A stretch of DNA of 64,000 bases from Eledone cirrhosa (GCA_964016885.1 OZ024750.1:28644001-28708000); one strand, 5' to 3'; counted from the first letter of the stretch, positions 14,468-27,525 are shown. The notes: a model not told the origin generated them from the letters alone. Translations and numbers: made by a program.

Positions 14468-14533
14468 TATTTTATCTGATGAAAACACACCATAATTTGC
14501 CTTGGTTGCCCTTGAAATATATATAATAAAATA
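14468..14533 (+). ncRNA. Hammerhead ribozyme, degenerate stem II
   Basis: TATTTTAT-CTGATGA...GAA-ATATATAT-A-ATAAAATA. Same family as 9682. Confidence 0.55.
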
Positions 14534-14637
14534 ATTATGGTTTTATAAATATAGTTTGCATTTATTAATGTGTGTGTATATATATATATATAGTGACGAA
14601 ACATAAGTCAATTGCATGAACTCATAATCCTTTATTT

Positions 14638-14693
14638 ACTGCTATATATATTTCGATGATAGCCATTGAATGGCTATGACCTCATCAGGCAGT
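14638..14693 (-). ncRNA. Hammerhead ribozyme (left arm of fold-back 14591-14926)
   Basis: Reverse complement of 14824-14879. Confidence 0.8.
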
Positions 14694-14823
14694 TAGTCAG
14701 TTCTTAGATATGCCAGCTCTGTGTGTATAGTGTTGATGGTATCAGAGCCTTGGGACATATTTCCCAAGGCTCTGATACCATCAACACTATACACACAGAG
14801 CTGGCATATCTAAGAATTGACTA

Positions 14824-14879
14824 ACTGCCTGATGAGGTCATAGCCATTCAATGGCTATCATCGAAATATATATAGCAGT
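14824..14879 (+). ncRNA. Hammerhead ribozyme (right arm)
   Basis: ACTGC-CTGATGA-ggtcATAGCCAttcaaTGGCTATcatc-GAA-ATATATAT-A-GCAGT. Confidence 0.8.
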
Positions 14880-15534
14880 AAATAAAGGATTATGAGTTCA
14901 TGCAATTGACTTATGTTTCGTCACTATTATAACTCTGGAACTTATATCTTCGTTGAGTGCTCCCTATCCGCCTACTGAAGTACTGGATTTTACCAACACT
15001 TACTTTCTTGCTTCTATCTATATGTGCGTGGTTTTGTCTACCTATGGTAAGTTTTTGCGTATGCTTGTGTATGTACGTATTTGTTTGCGTGTATGTATTT
15101 ATTTATTTCTATTACTTCTGTATTGTATTTATTTACTTTGTTCTTTACTCTGTAGCGGAGATTCATTCGGTCTCCTAGTTAGAATTTGAGTCTACGACTT
15201 CTGCTATACCATTTACGTGGTTTTGTCTTTGCATGCTATTGTTCTCCACGCTCCACATATGACGTATTATCTTCGTTTTTTTCGTTCATTGCCAGAGAAC
15301 GTCTCTATGAACCACCTAAGAGAACATTAGTCTACGACCTCTTTTATACCATAAACGTGGTTCTGTCTTTGCGCGTAATTGTTTTTCACCGCTCCTATTA
15401 ATGACGTATTATTCGTTTTTTCCCGTTCTTTGCCAGGGAACGTTTCCACGAACCAAAGTATCGTTTTCCTGTCTTCCTCCGGTTGCAACGTTTTTTTAAA
15501 TATCCACTTCTGCATTTACAGATTGACTTTGTTA

Positions 15535-15584
15535 GTTTCAGAAGATCCCGTTAAGGGTGAAAGCAGCGATTCTTTGCTTAAACA
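15535..15584 (+). ncRNA. Probable inactivated hammerhead in a PLE-like tail
   Basis: GTTT-CAGAAGA (U4>A)-tCCCgttaaGGGt-GAA-AGCA...TGCT-T-AAAC. The downstream tail recurs at about 60913-61008. Confidence 0.4.
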
Positions 15585-15691
15585 TTAATCTGTTATTTTA
15601 ATAAATATTTGCTCTACGGTTCTTATATATTTGTTATATATTTATCCTTATCGAGCCCTCTTTGGATTTTAGTCTTCAAATTTATTATTAT

Positions 15692-15745
<54 letters not shown>

Positions 15746-15751
<6 letters not shown>

Positions 15752-18700
15752 TATGAAGAGAGAAGAAACATTTAGATATAATTAGTAATAAAATGTATCA
15801 TACCTAAACTGTTCCTAAATTCCTCGACTACGTAGTTTCGTGGCATAAACAAAAACAATATATCAAAGATATAGAGTCCTTGCGAGGTCTGCCGACTTAT
15901 CAAGAGGATACCTCATTTTACTAGTCTCAAGAACGCGTCTACACGACGTGAGAAAGAATCCCAAAAGGCGGAGGGGGAGATAGTCACGCGATATAACGGT
16001 CGAGAAACAGAGCTAAGCCTCTTATAACCACGAAAAAAATACCACGGAGGCGGAGGGGGTATTCATATCGAGGCCGTAGAAGAGGTAGTGAAGAAGGCGA
16101 GAAGTATGAGTAATGGAAGCTTTCCAGTTGTCACCACACTTCAAAGATTGCTCGACCAGAGGGAGTTATTAATACATTTAGAAACACACAGATACATGCG
16201 GACACACACATATATACATGAATGCATCCACACCCAACTGTGAGTTAAGGGTGCCAACTTCACCGATGTTGCTCAATGAATGACTGGGACAGACCAATTC
16301 AGTTTGAACCAGACTGAACCAGTATCAGAGTTAAAAATACATTATGAAGAGAGAAGAAACATTTAGATATAATTAGTAATAAAATGTATCATACCTAAAC
16401 TGTTCCTAAATTCCTCGACTACGTAGTTTCGTGGCATAAACAAAAACAATATATCAAAGATATAGAGTCCTTGCGAGGTCTGCCGACTTATCAAGAGGAT
16501 ACCTCATTTTACTAGTCTCAAGAACGCGTCTACACGACGTGAGAAAGAATCCCAAAAGGCGGAGGGGGAGATAGTCACGCGATATAACGGTCGAGAAACA
16601 GAGCTAAGCCTCTTATAACCACGAAAAAAATACCACGGAGGCGGAGGGGGTATTCATATCGAGGCCGTAGAAGAGGTAGTGAAGAAGGCGAGAAGTATGA
16701 GTAATGGAAGCTTTCCAGTTGTCACCACACTTCAAAGATTGCTCGACCAGAGGGAGTTATTAATACATTTAGAAACACACAGATACATGCGGACACACAC
16801 ATATATACATGAATGCATCCACACCCAACTGTGAGTTAAGGGTGCCAACTTCACCGATGTTGCTCAATGAATGACTGGGACAGACCAATTCAGTTTGAAC
16901 CAGACTGAACCAGTATCAGAGTTAAAAATACATTATGAAGAGAGAAGAAACATTTAGATATAATTAGTAATAAAATGTATCATACCTAAACTGTTCCTAA
17001 ATTCCTCGACTACGTAGTTTCGTGGCATAAACAAAAACAATATATCAAAGATATAGAGTCCTTGCGAGGTCTGCCGACTTATCAAGAGGATACCTCATTT
17101 TACTAGTCTCAAGAACGCGTCTACACGACGTGAGAAAGAATCCCAAAAGGCGGAGGGGGAGATAGTCACGCGATATAACGGTCGAGAAACAGAGCTAAGC
17201 CTCTTATAACCACGAAAAAAATACCACGGAGGCGGAGGGGGTATTCATATCGAGGCCGTAGAAGAGGTAGTGAAGAAGGCGAGAAGTATGAGTAATGGAA
17301 GCTTTCCAGTTGTCACCACACTTCAAAGATTGCTCGACCAGAGGGAGTTATTAATACATTTAGAAACACACAGATACATGCGGACACACACATATATACA
17401 TGAATGCATCCACACCCAACTGTGAGTTAAGGGTGCCAACTTCACCGATGTTGCTCAATGAATGACTGGGACAGACCAATTCAGTTTGAACCAGACTGAA
17501 CCAGTATCAGAGTTAAAAATACATTATGAAGAGAGAAGAAACATTTAGATATAATTAGTAATAAAATGTATCATACCTAAACTGTTCCTAAATTCCTCGA
17601 CTACGTAGTTTCGTGGCATAAACAAAAACAATATATCAAAGATATAGAGTCCTTGCGAGGTCTGCCGACTTATCAAGAGGATACCTCATTTTACTAGTCT
17701 CAAGAACGCGTCTACACGACGTGAGAAAGAATCCCAAAAGGCGGAGGGGGAGATAGTCACGCGATATAACGGTCGAGAAACAGAGCTAAGCCTCTTATAA
17801 CCACGAAAAAAATACCACGGAGGCGGAGGGGGTATTCATATCGAGGCCGTAGAAGAGGTAGTGAAGAAGGCGAGAAGTATGAGTAATGGAAGCTTTCCAG
17901 TTGTCACCACACTTCAAAGATTGCTCGACCAGAGGGAGTTATTAATACATTTAGAAACACACAGATACATGCGGACACACACATATATACATGAATGCAT
18001 CCACACCCAACTGTGAGTTAAGGGTGCCAACTTCACCGATGTTGCTCAATGAATGACTGGGACAGACCAATTCAGTTTGAACCAGACTGAACCAGTATCA
18101 GAGTTAAAAATACATTATGAAGAGAGAAGAAACATTTAGATATAATTAGTAATAAAATGTATCATACCTAAACTGTTCCTAAATTCCTCGACTACGTAGT
18201 TTCGTGGCATAAACAAAAACAATATATCAAAGATATAGAGTCCTTGCGAGGTCTGCCGACTTATCAAGAGGATACCTCATTTTACTAGTCTCAAGAACGC
18301 GTCTACACGACGTGAGAAAGAATCCCAAAAGGCGGAGGGGGAGATAGTCACGCGATATAACGGTCGAGAAACAGAGCTAAGCCTCTTATAACCACGAAAA
18401 AAATACCACGGAGGCGGAGGGGGTATTCATATCGAGGCCGTAGAAGAGGTAGTGAAGAAGGCGAGAAGTATGAGTAATGGAAGCTTTCCAGTTGTCACCA
18501 CACTTCAAAGATTGCTCGACCAGAGGGAGTTATTAATACATTTAGAAACACACAGATACATGCGGACACACACATATATACATGAATGCATCCACACCCA
18601 ACTGTGAGTTAAGGGTGCCAACTTCACCGATGTTGCTCAATGAATGACTGGGACAGACCAATTCAGTTTGAACCAGACTGAACCAGTATCAGAGTTAAAA

Positions 18701-19769
18701 ATACATTATGAAGAGAGAAGAAACATTTAGATATAATTAGTAATAAAATGTATCATACCTAAACTGTTCCTAAATTCCTCGACTACGTAGTTTCGTGGCA
18801 TAAACAAAAACAATATATCAAAGATATAGAGTCCTTGCGAGGTCTGCCGACTTATCAAGAGGATACCTCATTTTACTAGTCTCAAGAACGCGTCTACACG
18901 ACGTGAGAAAGAATCCCAAAAGGCGGAGGGGGAGATAGTCACGCGATATAACGGTCGAGAAACAGAGCTAAGCCTCTTATAACCACGAAAAAAATACCAC
19001 GGAGGCGGAGGGGGTATTCATATCGAGGCCGTAGAAGAGGTAGTGAAGAAGGCGAGAAGTATGAGTAATGGAAGCTTTCCAGTTGTCACCACACTTCAAA
19101 GATTGCTCGACCAGAGGGAGTTATTAATACATTTAGAAACACACAGATACATGCGGACACACACATATATACATGAATGCATCCACACCCAACTGTGAGT
19201 TAAGGGTGCCAACTTCACCGATGTTGCTCAATGAATGACTGGGACAGACCAATTCAGTTTGAACCAGACTGAACCAGTATCAGAGTTAAAAATACATTAT
19301 GAAGAGAGAAGAAACATTTAGATATAATTAGTAATAAAATGTATCATACCTAAACTGTTCCTAAATTCCTCGACTACGTAGTTTCGTGGCATAAACAAAA
19401 ACAATATATCAAAGATATAGAGTCCTTGCGAGGTCTGCCGACTTATCAAGAGGATACCTCATTTTACTAGTCTCAAGAACGCGTCTACACGACGTGAGAA
19501 AGAATCCCAAAAGGCGGAGGGGGAGATAGTCACGCGATATAACGGTCGAGAAACAGAGCTAAGCCTCTTATAACCACGAAAAAAATACCACGGAGGCGGA
19601 GGGGGTATTCATATCGAGGCCGTAGAAGAGGTAGTGAAGAAGGCGAGAAGTATGAGTAATGGAAGCTTTCCAGTTGTCACCACACTTCAAAGATTGCTCG
19701 ACCAGAGGGAGTTATTAATACATTTAGAAACACACAGATACATGCGGACACACACATATATACATGAAT
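15746..19769 (-). mobile_element. Left arm of a retrozyme-like tandem array: about 6.8 copies of a 591-bp unit, ribozyme-sense on the minus strand
   Basis: TTATGAAGAG recurs at 15751, 16342, 16933, 17524, 18115, 18706 and 19297. No differences between copies seen by eye. Confidence 0.85.
15821..15908 (-). ncRNA. Hammerhead ribozyme, U3-A8 variant (first of 7 minus copies: +591 steps to 19367-19454)
   Basis: Reverse complement of 20179-20266. Confidence 0.8.
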
Positions 19770-22700
19770 TCAGTCTGGTTCAAACTGAATTGGTCTGTCC
19801 CAGTCATTCATTGAGCAACATCGGTGAAGTTGGCACCCTTAACTCACAGTTGGGTGTGGATGCATTCATGTATATATGTGTGTGTCCGCATGTATCTGTG
19901 TGTTTCTAAATGTATTAATAACTCCCTCTGGTCGAGCAATCTTTGAAGTGTGGTGACAACTGGAAAGCTTCCATTACTCATACTTCTCGCCTTCTTCACT
20001 ACCTCTTCTACGGCCTCGATATGAATACCCCCTCCGCCTCCGTGGTATTTTTTTCGTGGTTATAAGAGGCTTAGCTCTGTTTCTCGACCGTTATATCGCG
20101 TGACTATCTCCCCCTCCGCCTTTTGGGATTCTTTCTCACGTCGTGTAGACGCGTTCTTGAGACTAGTAAAATGAGGTATCCTCTTGATAAGTCGGCAGAC
20201 CTCGCAAGGACTCTATATCTTTGATATATTGTTTTTGTTTATGCCACGAAACTACGTAGTCGAGGAATTTAGGAACAGTTTAGGTATGATACATTTTATT
20301 ACTAATTATATCTAAATGTTTCTTCTCTCTTCATAATGTATTTTTAACTCTGATACTGGTTCAGTCTGGTTCAAACTGAATTGGTCTGTCCCAGTCATTC
20401 ATTGAGCAACATCGGTGAAGTTGGCACCCTTAACTCACAGTTGGGTGTGGATGCATTCATGTATATATGTGTGTGTCCGCATGTATCTGTGTGTTTCTAA
20501 ATGTATTAATAACTCCCTCTGGTCGAGCAATCTTTGAAGTGTGGTGACAACTGGAAAGCTTCCATTACTCATACTTCTCGCCTTCTTCACTACCTCTTCT
20601 ACGGCCTCGATATGAATACCCCCTCCGCCTCCGTGGTATTTTTTTCGTGGTTATAAGAGGCTTAGCTCTGTTTCTCGACCGTTATATCGCGTGACTATCT
20701 CCCCCTCCGCCTTTTGGGATTCTTTCTCACGTCGTGTAGACGCGTTCTTGAGACTAGTAAAATGAGGTATCCTCTTGATAAGTCGGCAGACCTCGCAAGG
20801 ACTCTATATCTTTGATATATTGTTTTTGTTTATGCCACGAAACTACGTAGTCGAGGAATTTAGGAACAGTTTAGGTATGATACATTTTATTACTAATTAT
20901 ATCTAAATGTTTCTTCTCTCTTCATAATGTATTTTTAACTCTGATACTGGTTCAGTCTGGTTCAAACTGAATTGGTCTGTCCCAGTCATTCATTGAGCAA
21001 CATCGGTGAAGTTGGCACCCTTAACTCACAGTTGGGTGTGGATGCATTCATGTATATATGTGTGTGTCCGCATGTATCTGTGTGTTTCTAAATGTATTAA
21101 TAACTCCCTCTGGTCGAGCAATCTTTGAAGTGTGGTGACAACTGGAAAGCTTCCATTACTCATACTTCTCGCCTTCTTCACTACCTCTTCTACGGCCTCG
21201 ATATGAATACCCCCTCCGCCTCCGTGGTATTTTTTTCGTGGTTATAAGAGGCTTAGCTCTGTTTCTCGACCGTTATATCGCGTGACTATCTCCCCCTCCG
21301 CCTTTTGGGATTCTTTCTCACGTCGTGTAGACGCGTTCTTGAGACTAGTAAAATGAGGTATCCTCTTGATAAGTCGGCAGACCTCGCAAGGACTCTATAT
21401 CTTTGATATATTGTTTTTGTTTATGCCACGAAACTACGTAGTCGAGGAATTTAGGAACAGTTTAGGTATGATACATTTTATTACTAATTATATCTAAATG
21501 TTTCTTCTCTCTTCATAATGTATTTTTAACTCTGATACTGGTTCAGTCTGGTTCAAACTGAATTGGTCTGTCCCAGTCATTCATTGAGCAACATCGGTGA
21601 AGTTGGCACCCTTAACTCACAGTTGGGTGTGGATGCATTCATGTATATATGTGTGTGTCCGCATGTATCTGTGTGTTTCTAAATGTATTAATAACTCCCT
21701 CTGGTCGAGCAATCTTTGAAGTGTGGTGACAACTGGAAAGCTTCCATTACTCATACTTCTCGCCTTCTTCACTACCTCTTCTACGGCCTCGATATGAATA
21801 CCCCCTCCGCCTCCGTGGTATTTTTTTCGTGGTTATAAGAGGCTTAGCTCTGTTTCTCGACCGTTATATCGCGTGACTATCTCCCCCTCCGCCTTTTGGG
21901 ATTCTTTCTCACGTCGTGTAGACGCGTTCTTGAGACTAGTAAAATGAGGTATCCTCTTGATAAGTCGGCAGACCTCGCAAGGACTCTATATCTTTGATAT
22001 ATTGTTTTTGTTTATGCCACGAAACTACGTAGTCGAGGAATTTAGGAACAGTTTAGGTATGATACATTTTATTACTAATTATATCTAAATGTTTCTTCTC
22101 TCTTCATAATGTATTTTTAACTCTGATACTGGTTCAGTCTGGTTCAAACTGAATTGGTCTGTCCCAGTCATTCATTGAGCAACATCGGTGAAGTTGGCAC
22201 CCTTAACTCACAGTTGGGTGTGGATGCATTCATGTATATATGTGTGTGTCCGCATGTATCTGTGTGTTTCTAAATGTATTAATAACTCCCTCTGGTCGAG
22301 CAATCTTTGAAGTGTGGTGACAACTGGAAAGCTTCCATTACTCATACTTCTCGCCTTCTTCACTACCTCTTCTACGGCCTCGATATGAATACCCCCTCCG
22401 CCTCCGTGGTATTTTTTTCGTGGTTATAAGAGGCTTAGCTCTGTTTCTCGACCGTTATATCGCGTGACTATCTCCCCCTCCGCCTTTTGGGATTCTTTCT
22501 CACGTCGTGTAGACGCGTTCTTGAGACTAGTAAAATGAGGTATCCTCTTGATAAGTCGGCAGACCTCGCAAGGACTCTATATCTTTGATATATTGTTTTT
22601 GTTTATGCCACGAAACTACGTAGTCGAGGAATTTAGGAACAGTTTAGGTATGATACATTTTATTACTAATTATATCTAAATGTTTCTTCTCTCTTCATAA

Positions 22701-24640
22701 TGTATTTTTAACTCTGATACTGGTTCAGTCTGGTTCAAACTGAATTGGTCTGTCCCAGTCATTCATTGAGCAACATCGGTGAAGTTGGCACCCTTAACTC
22801 ACAGTTGGGTGTGGATGCATTCATGTATATATGTGTGTGTCCGCATGTATCTGTGTGTTTCTAAATGTATTAATAACTCCCTCTGGTCGAGCAATCTTTG
22901 AAGTGTGGTGACAACTGGAAAGCTTCCATTACTCATACTTCTCGCCTTCTTCACTACCTCTTCTACGGCCTCGATATGAATACCCCCTCCGCCTCCGTGG
23001 TATTTTTTTCGTGGTTATAAGAGGCTTAGCTCTGTTTCTCGACCGTTATATCGCGTGACTATCTCCCCCTCCGCCTTTTGGGATTCTTTCTCACGTCGTG
23101 TAGACGCGTTCTTGAGACTAGTAAAATGAGGTATCCTCTTGATAAGTCGGCAGACCTCGCAAGGACTCTATATCTTTGATATATTGTTTTTGTTTATGCC
23201 ACGAAACTACGTAGTCGAGGAATTTAGGAACAGTTTAGGTATGATACATTTTATTACTAATTATATCTAAATGTTTCTTCTCTCTTCATAATGTATTTTT
23301 AACTCTGATACTGGTTCAGTCTGGTTCAAACTGAATTGGTCTGTCCCAGTCATTCATTGAGCAACATCGGTGAAGTTGGCACCCTTAACTCACAGTTGGG
23401 TGTGGATGCATTCATGTATATATGTGTGTGTCCGCATGTATCTGTGTGTTTCTAAATGTATTAATAACTCCCTCTGGTCGAGCAATCTTTGAAGTGTGGT
23501 GACAACTGGAAAGCTTCCATTACTCATACTTCTCGCCTTCTTCACTACCTCTTCTACGGCCTCGATATGAATACCCCCTCCGCCTCCGTGGTATTTTTTT
23601 CGTGGTTATAAGAGGCTTAGCTCTGTTTCTCGACCGTTATATCGCGTGACTATCTCCCCCTCCGCCTTTTGGGATTCTTTCTCACGTCGTGTAGACGCGT
23701 TCTTGAGACTAGTAAAATGAGGTATCCTCTTGATAAGTCGGCAGACCTCGCAAGGACTCTATATCTTTGATATATTGTTTTTGTTTATGCCACGAAACTA
23801 CGTAGTCGAGGAATTTAGGAACAGTTTAGGTATGATACATTTTATTACTAATTATATCTAAATGTTTCTTCTCTCTTCATAATGTATTTTTAACTCTGAT
23901 ACTGGTTCAGTCTGGTTCAAACTGAATTGGTCTGTCCCAGTCATTCATTGAGCAACATCGGTGAAGTTGGCACCCTTAACTCACAGTTGGGTGTGGATGC
24001 ATTCATGTATATATGTGTGTGTCCGCATGTATCTGTGTGTTTCTAAATGTATTAATAACTCCCTCTGGTCGAGCAATCTTTGAAGTGTGGTGACAACTGG
24101 AAAGCTTCCATTACTCATACTTCTCGCCTTCTTCACTACCTCTTCTACGGCCTCGATATGAATACCCCCTCCGCCTCCGTGGTATTTTTTTCGTGGTTAT
24201 AAGAGGCTTAGCTCTGTTTCTCGACCGTTATATCGCGTGACTATCTCCCCCTCCGCCTTTTGGGATTCTTTCTCACGTCGTGTAGACGCGTTCTTGAGAC
24301 TAGTAAAATGAGGTATCCTCTTGATAAGTCGGCAGACCTCGCAAGGACTCTATATCTTTGATATATTGTTTTTGTTTATGCCACGAAACTACGTAGTCGA
24401 GGAATTTAGGAACAGTTTAGGTATGATACATTTTATTACTAATTATATCTAAATGTTTCTTCTCTCTTCATAATGTATTTTTAACTCTGATACTGGTTCA
24501 GTCTGGTTCAAACTGAATTGGTCTGTCCCAGTCATTCATTGAGCAACATCGGTGAAGTTGGCACCCTTAACTCACAGTTGGGTGTGGATGCATTCATGTA
24601 TATATGTGTGTGTCCGCATGTATCTGTGTGTTTCTAAATG

Positions 24641-24645
<5 letters not shown>
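19769..24645 (+). mobile_element. Right arm of the retrozyme-like array: about 8.25 copies of the same 591-bp unit in inverted orientation
   Basis: TCAGTCTGGT recurs at 19770, 20361, ... 24498. The arm ends TTCTAAATGTATTA and runs into (TA)n. Confidence 0.85.
20179..20266 (+). ncRNA. Hammerhead ribozyme, U3-A8 variant (first of 8 plus copies: +591 steps to 24316-24403)
   Basis: TCCTC-TTGATAA-GT(c)GGCA...TGCCAC-GAA-ACTACGTAGT-C-GAGGA: stem I TCCTC/GAGGA, long stem II, 10-nt palindromic stem III, GUC site (cleavage after 20261). Confidence 0.82.
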
Positions 24646-24677
<32 letters not shown>

Positions 24678-24930
24678 AAAGGTTTGTCAGTATTGCCAGC
24701 ACACGTTATAATGTGGTGGAAATTAATTTCTGTGGTCGGCGTGTGCCACCTCGCTGAATGTCAGAATATTTCCAACCTTCTCACACACCCCTCCCCCCCC
24801 CCCACTACCTTACATACTTTACAACATGTCTCCTTTGTCTCTCCAACTTTGCATTGCTGATTTGTCATGTTGACAAAGACATTCACATAATCACCTGCCA
24901 CACATACTCATATACTTATATATATACATA

Positions 24931-24966
<36 letters not shown>

Positions 24967-24987
24967 TCCATATCCAGACATGCCCAG

Positions 24988-24989
<2 letters not shown>

Positions 24990-25049
<60 letters not shown>

Positions 25050-25251
25050 CATGCATATATATATTTACATATATATAATAGTTACATATATATAATATTT
25101 ATATATATATATATATTATATATATATTATATATATATTATATATTTATATATATATTATATATATATATATTTATATATATATATATTATATTTTTATA
25201 TATATATATATATATTATATTTATATATATATATATTATATTTATATATTA

Positions 25252-25304
<53 letters not shown>

Positions 25305-25499
25305 ATTTATATATTATATTTATATATTATATTTATATATATTATATATTATATTTATATATATGTTAGATTTATATTTATATATATATTATATTTATAT
25401 ATATATATTATATTTATATATATATATTTATATATATATATTATATTTATATATTTATATATATATTATATATTTATATATATATTATATTTATATATT

Positions 25500-25531
<32 letters not shown>

Positions 25532-25575
25532 ATATATATTATATATTTATATATATAATATATATATATAAATAT

Positions 25576-25665
<90 letters not shown>
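24990..25665. repeat. (CA)n/(TA)n microsatellite
   Basis: Directly visible. Confidence 0.95.
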
Positions 25666-25667
<2 letters not shown>

Positions 25668-25737
25668 GTAAAGGAACATGTGTGGGTACCTGTCTCTTTA
25701 CCTAACTACCTGCTCATCTAATTGTTTACCTGAATTC

Positions 25738-26662
25738 TCTACCTACCTACCTACATATCTACCTACATATCTACCTACCAACATAATTACCTACCCACCA
25801 ACACACCTACATATCTACCTCCCACCTACCTACCTGCCCACCTGCCCACCTACCTACCCACCAACATATCTACCTCACTCCTACCCACCTACCTACACAC
25901 GAACATATCTACCTCACACCTACCCACATACCTACCCACCAACATATCTACCTCACACCTCCTACCTACCTACCCACCAACATATCTACCTACCCACCTC
26001 CCACCTACCTACACACCAACATATCTACCTCACATCTACCCACATACCTACCCACCAACATATCTACCTCACACCTCCTACCTACCTACACACCAACATA
26101 TCTACCTCACACCTACCCACATACCTACCCACCAACATATCTACCTCACACCTCCTACCTACCCACCAACATATCTACCTACCCACCTCCCACCTACCTA
26201 CACACCAACATATCTACCTCACATCTACCCACATACCTACCCACCAACATATCTACCTGCCCATCTCCCACCTACCTACACACCAACATATCTACCTCAC
26301 ACCTACCCACATACCTACCCACCAACATATCTACCTCACACCTCCTACCTACCTACCCACCAACATATCTTCCTGCCCACCTCCCACCTACCTACCCACC
26401 AACATATCTACCTGCCCACCTCCTACCTACCTACCTACCCACCAACATATCTACCTGCCCACCTACCTACCCACCAACATATCTACCTGCCCACCTCCCA
26501 CCTACCTACCCACCAACATATCTACCTGCCCACCTTCTACCTACCCACCAACATATCTACCTGCCCACCTCCCACCTACCTACCCACCAACATATCTACC
26601 CACCCACCCACCCACCTACCAACATATCTACCCACCCACCTACCTACCCACCTACCCACCAA
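25738..26662. repeat. (CCTA/CCCA)-derived complex minisatellite
   Basis: CCTACCCACCAACATATCTA motifs. This is the source of the spurious 339-aa ORF. Confidence 0.9.
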
Positions 26663-26717
26663 ATAGAATAAATATTTTAAATCGAAAATGGAGGTAGGGG
26701 GGAGTGTAAAAGATTAG

Positions 26718-27037
26718 ATGGTGGTGGTGGTGGTGGTGGTGGTGGTGATGATGATTATAGTAACGGTGGTGGTGGTGGTGGTGGAGGTGATGGTGGTGAT
26801 GATTATAGTAACGATGGTGGTGGTGGTGGTGGTGTTGATTATAGTAACGGTGGTGGTGGTGGTGGTGGTGATGATTATAGTAACGATGGTGGTGGTGGTG
26901 GTGTTGATTATAGTAACGGTGGTGGTGGTGGTGGTGGCGATGATTATAGTAACGATGGTGGTGGTGGTGGTGGTGGTGGTGATGATTATAGTAACGATGG
27001 TGGTGGTGGTGGTGGTGACTATAGTAACGATGGTGGT
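26718..27037. repeat. (GGT)n-GATTATAGTAAC minisatellite
   Basis: Directly visible. Confidence 0.9.
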
Positions 27038-27149
27038 ACAGTCGCCATTGAGGACAATGAGAATAATTATCAACTACAGGAACAAATGAAGAGAGAACAA
27101 TGAAGGTCGGGGTTTCTAAGCCGGGAGATTCTTTGGACCTCCGTCAGTT

Positions 27150-27432
27150 GTGACGACGGTTATTGCAGCTGTTTGATCAACGGAACAGCCTACTCATGAA
27201 ATTTACCTGTAATTATTTTGAGCATTCCATAAACAGGTGTACACTTAATCCAATTCTCAGGGAGATTCAGTGTGACATAGTGTATGATAAGACTGGCTCT
27301 TTAAATTACAGGTACAATTAATATTTGCCATTGAGTGGATTGGCGTAACGTGAATTAAGGGCTTTGGTCTTTATTTCAACTCTTTTACCATCGAGAGCCC
27401 AAAACTCTTACCGTTGAGCCACGAGTCTTCAC
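27150..27432 (-). mobile_element. Second tRNA-derived SINE family (CORE-like central part), decayed; relatives at 31019-31200 (+), 36700-36815 (-), 56125-56437 (-)
   Basis: Head GTGAAGGCGTGTGGCTGAGTGGTTAGAG...GAGTTCGATTCC and TGTCCTTGAGCAAGACACTTTA, best seen at 31019. Homology is shared among the copies. Confidence 0.65.
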
Positions 27433-27525
27433 ATCCCAATATTTAGACTTTGAAAATGTGTCGTCTAATAGAAAGGAGAGTAGGAGGTGTGAGTGAGGTT
27501 GGTAGTGGTATAGAGTGGTTGTAGG

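Noticed and set aside
15885-15945. GAACGCGTC on the antisense strand of the 591-bp unit as a second (ambisense, viroid-like) hammerhead
   Set aside because: It lacks one A of GAAAC, and there is no CUGANGA or pairing stem I upstream.
19634-19909. 91-aa ORF across the array inversion
   Set aside because: It is a chance fusion created by the inversion junction and starts at GTG.
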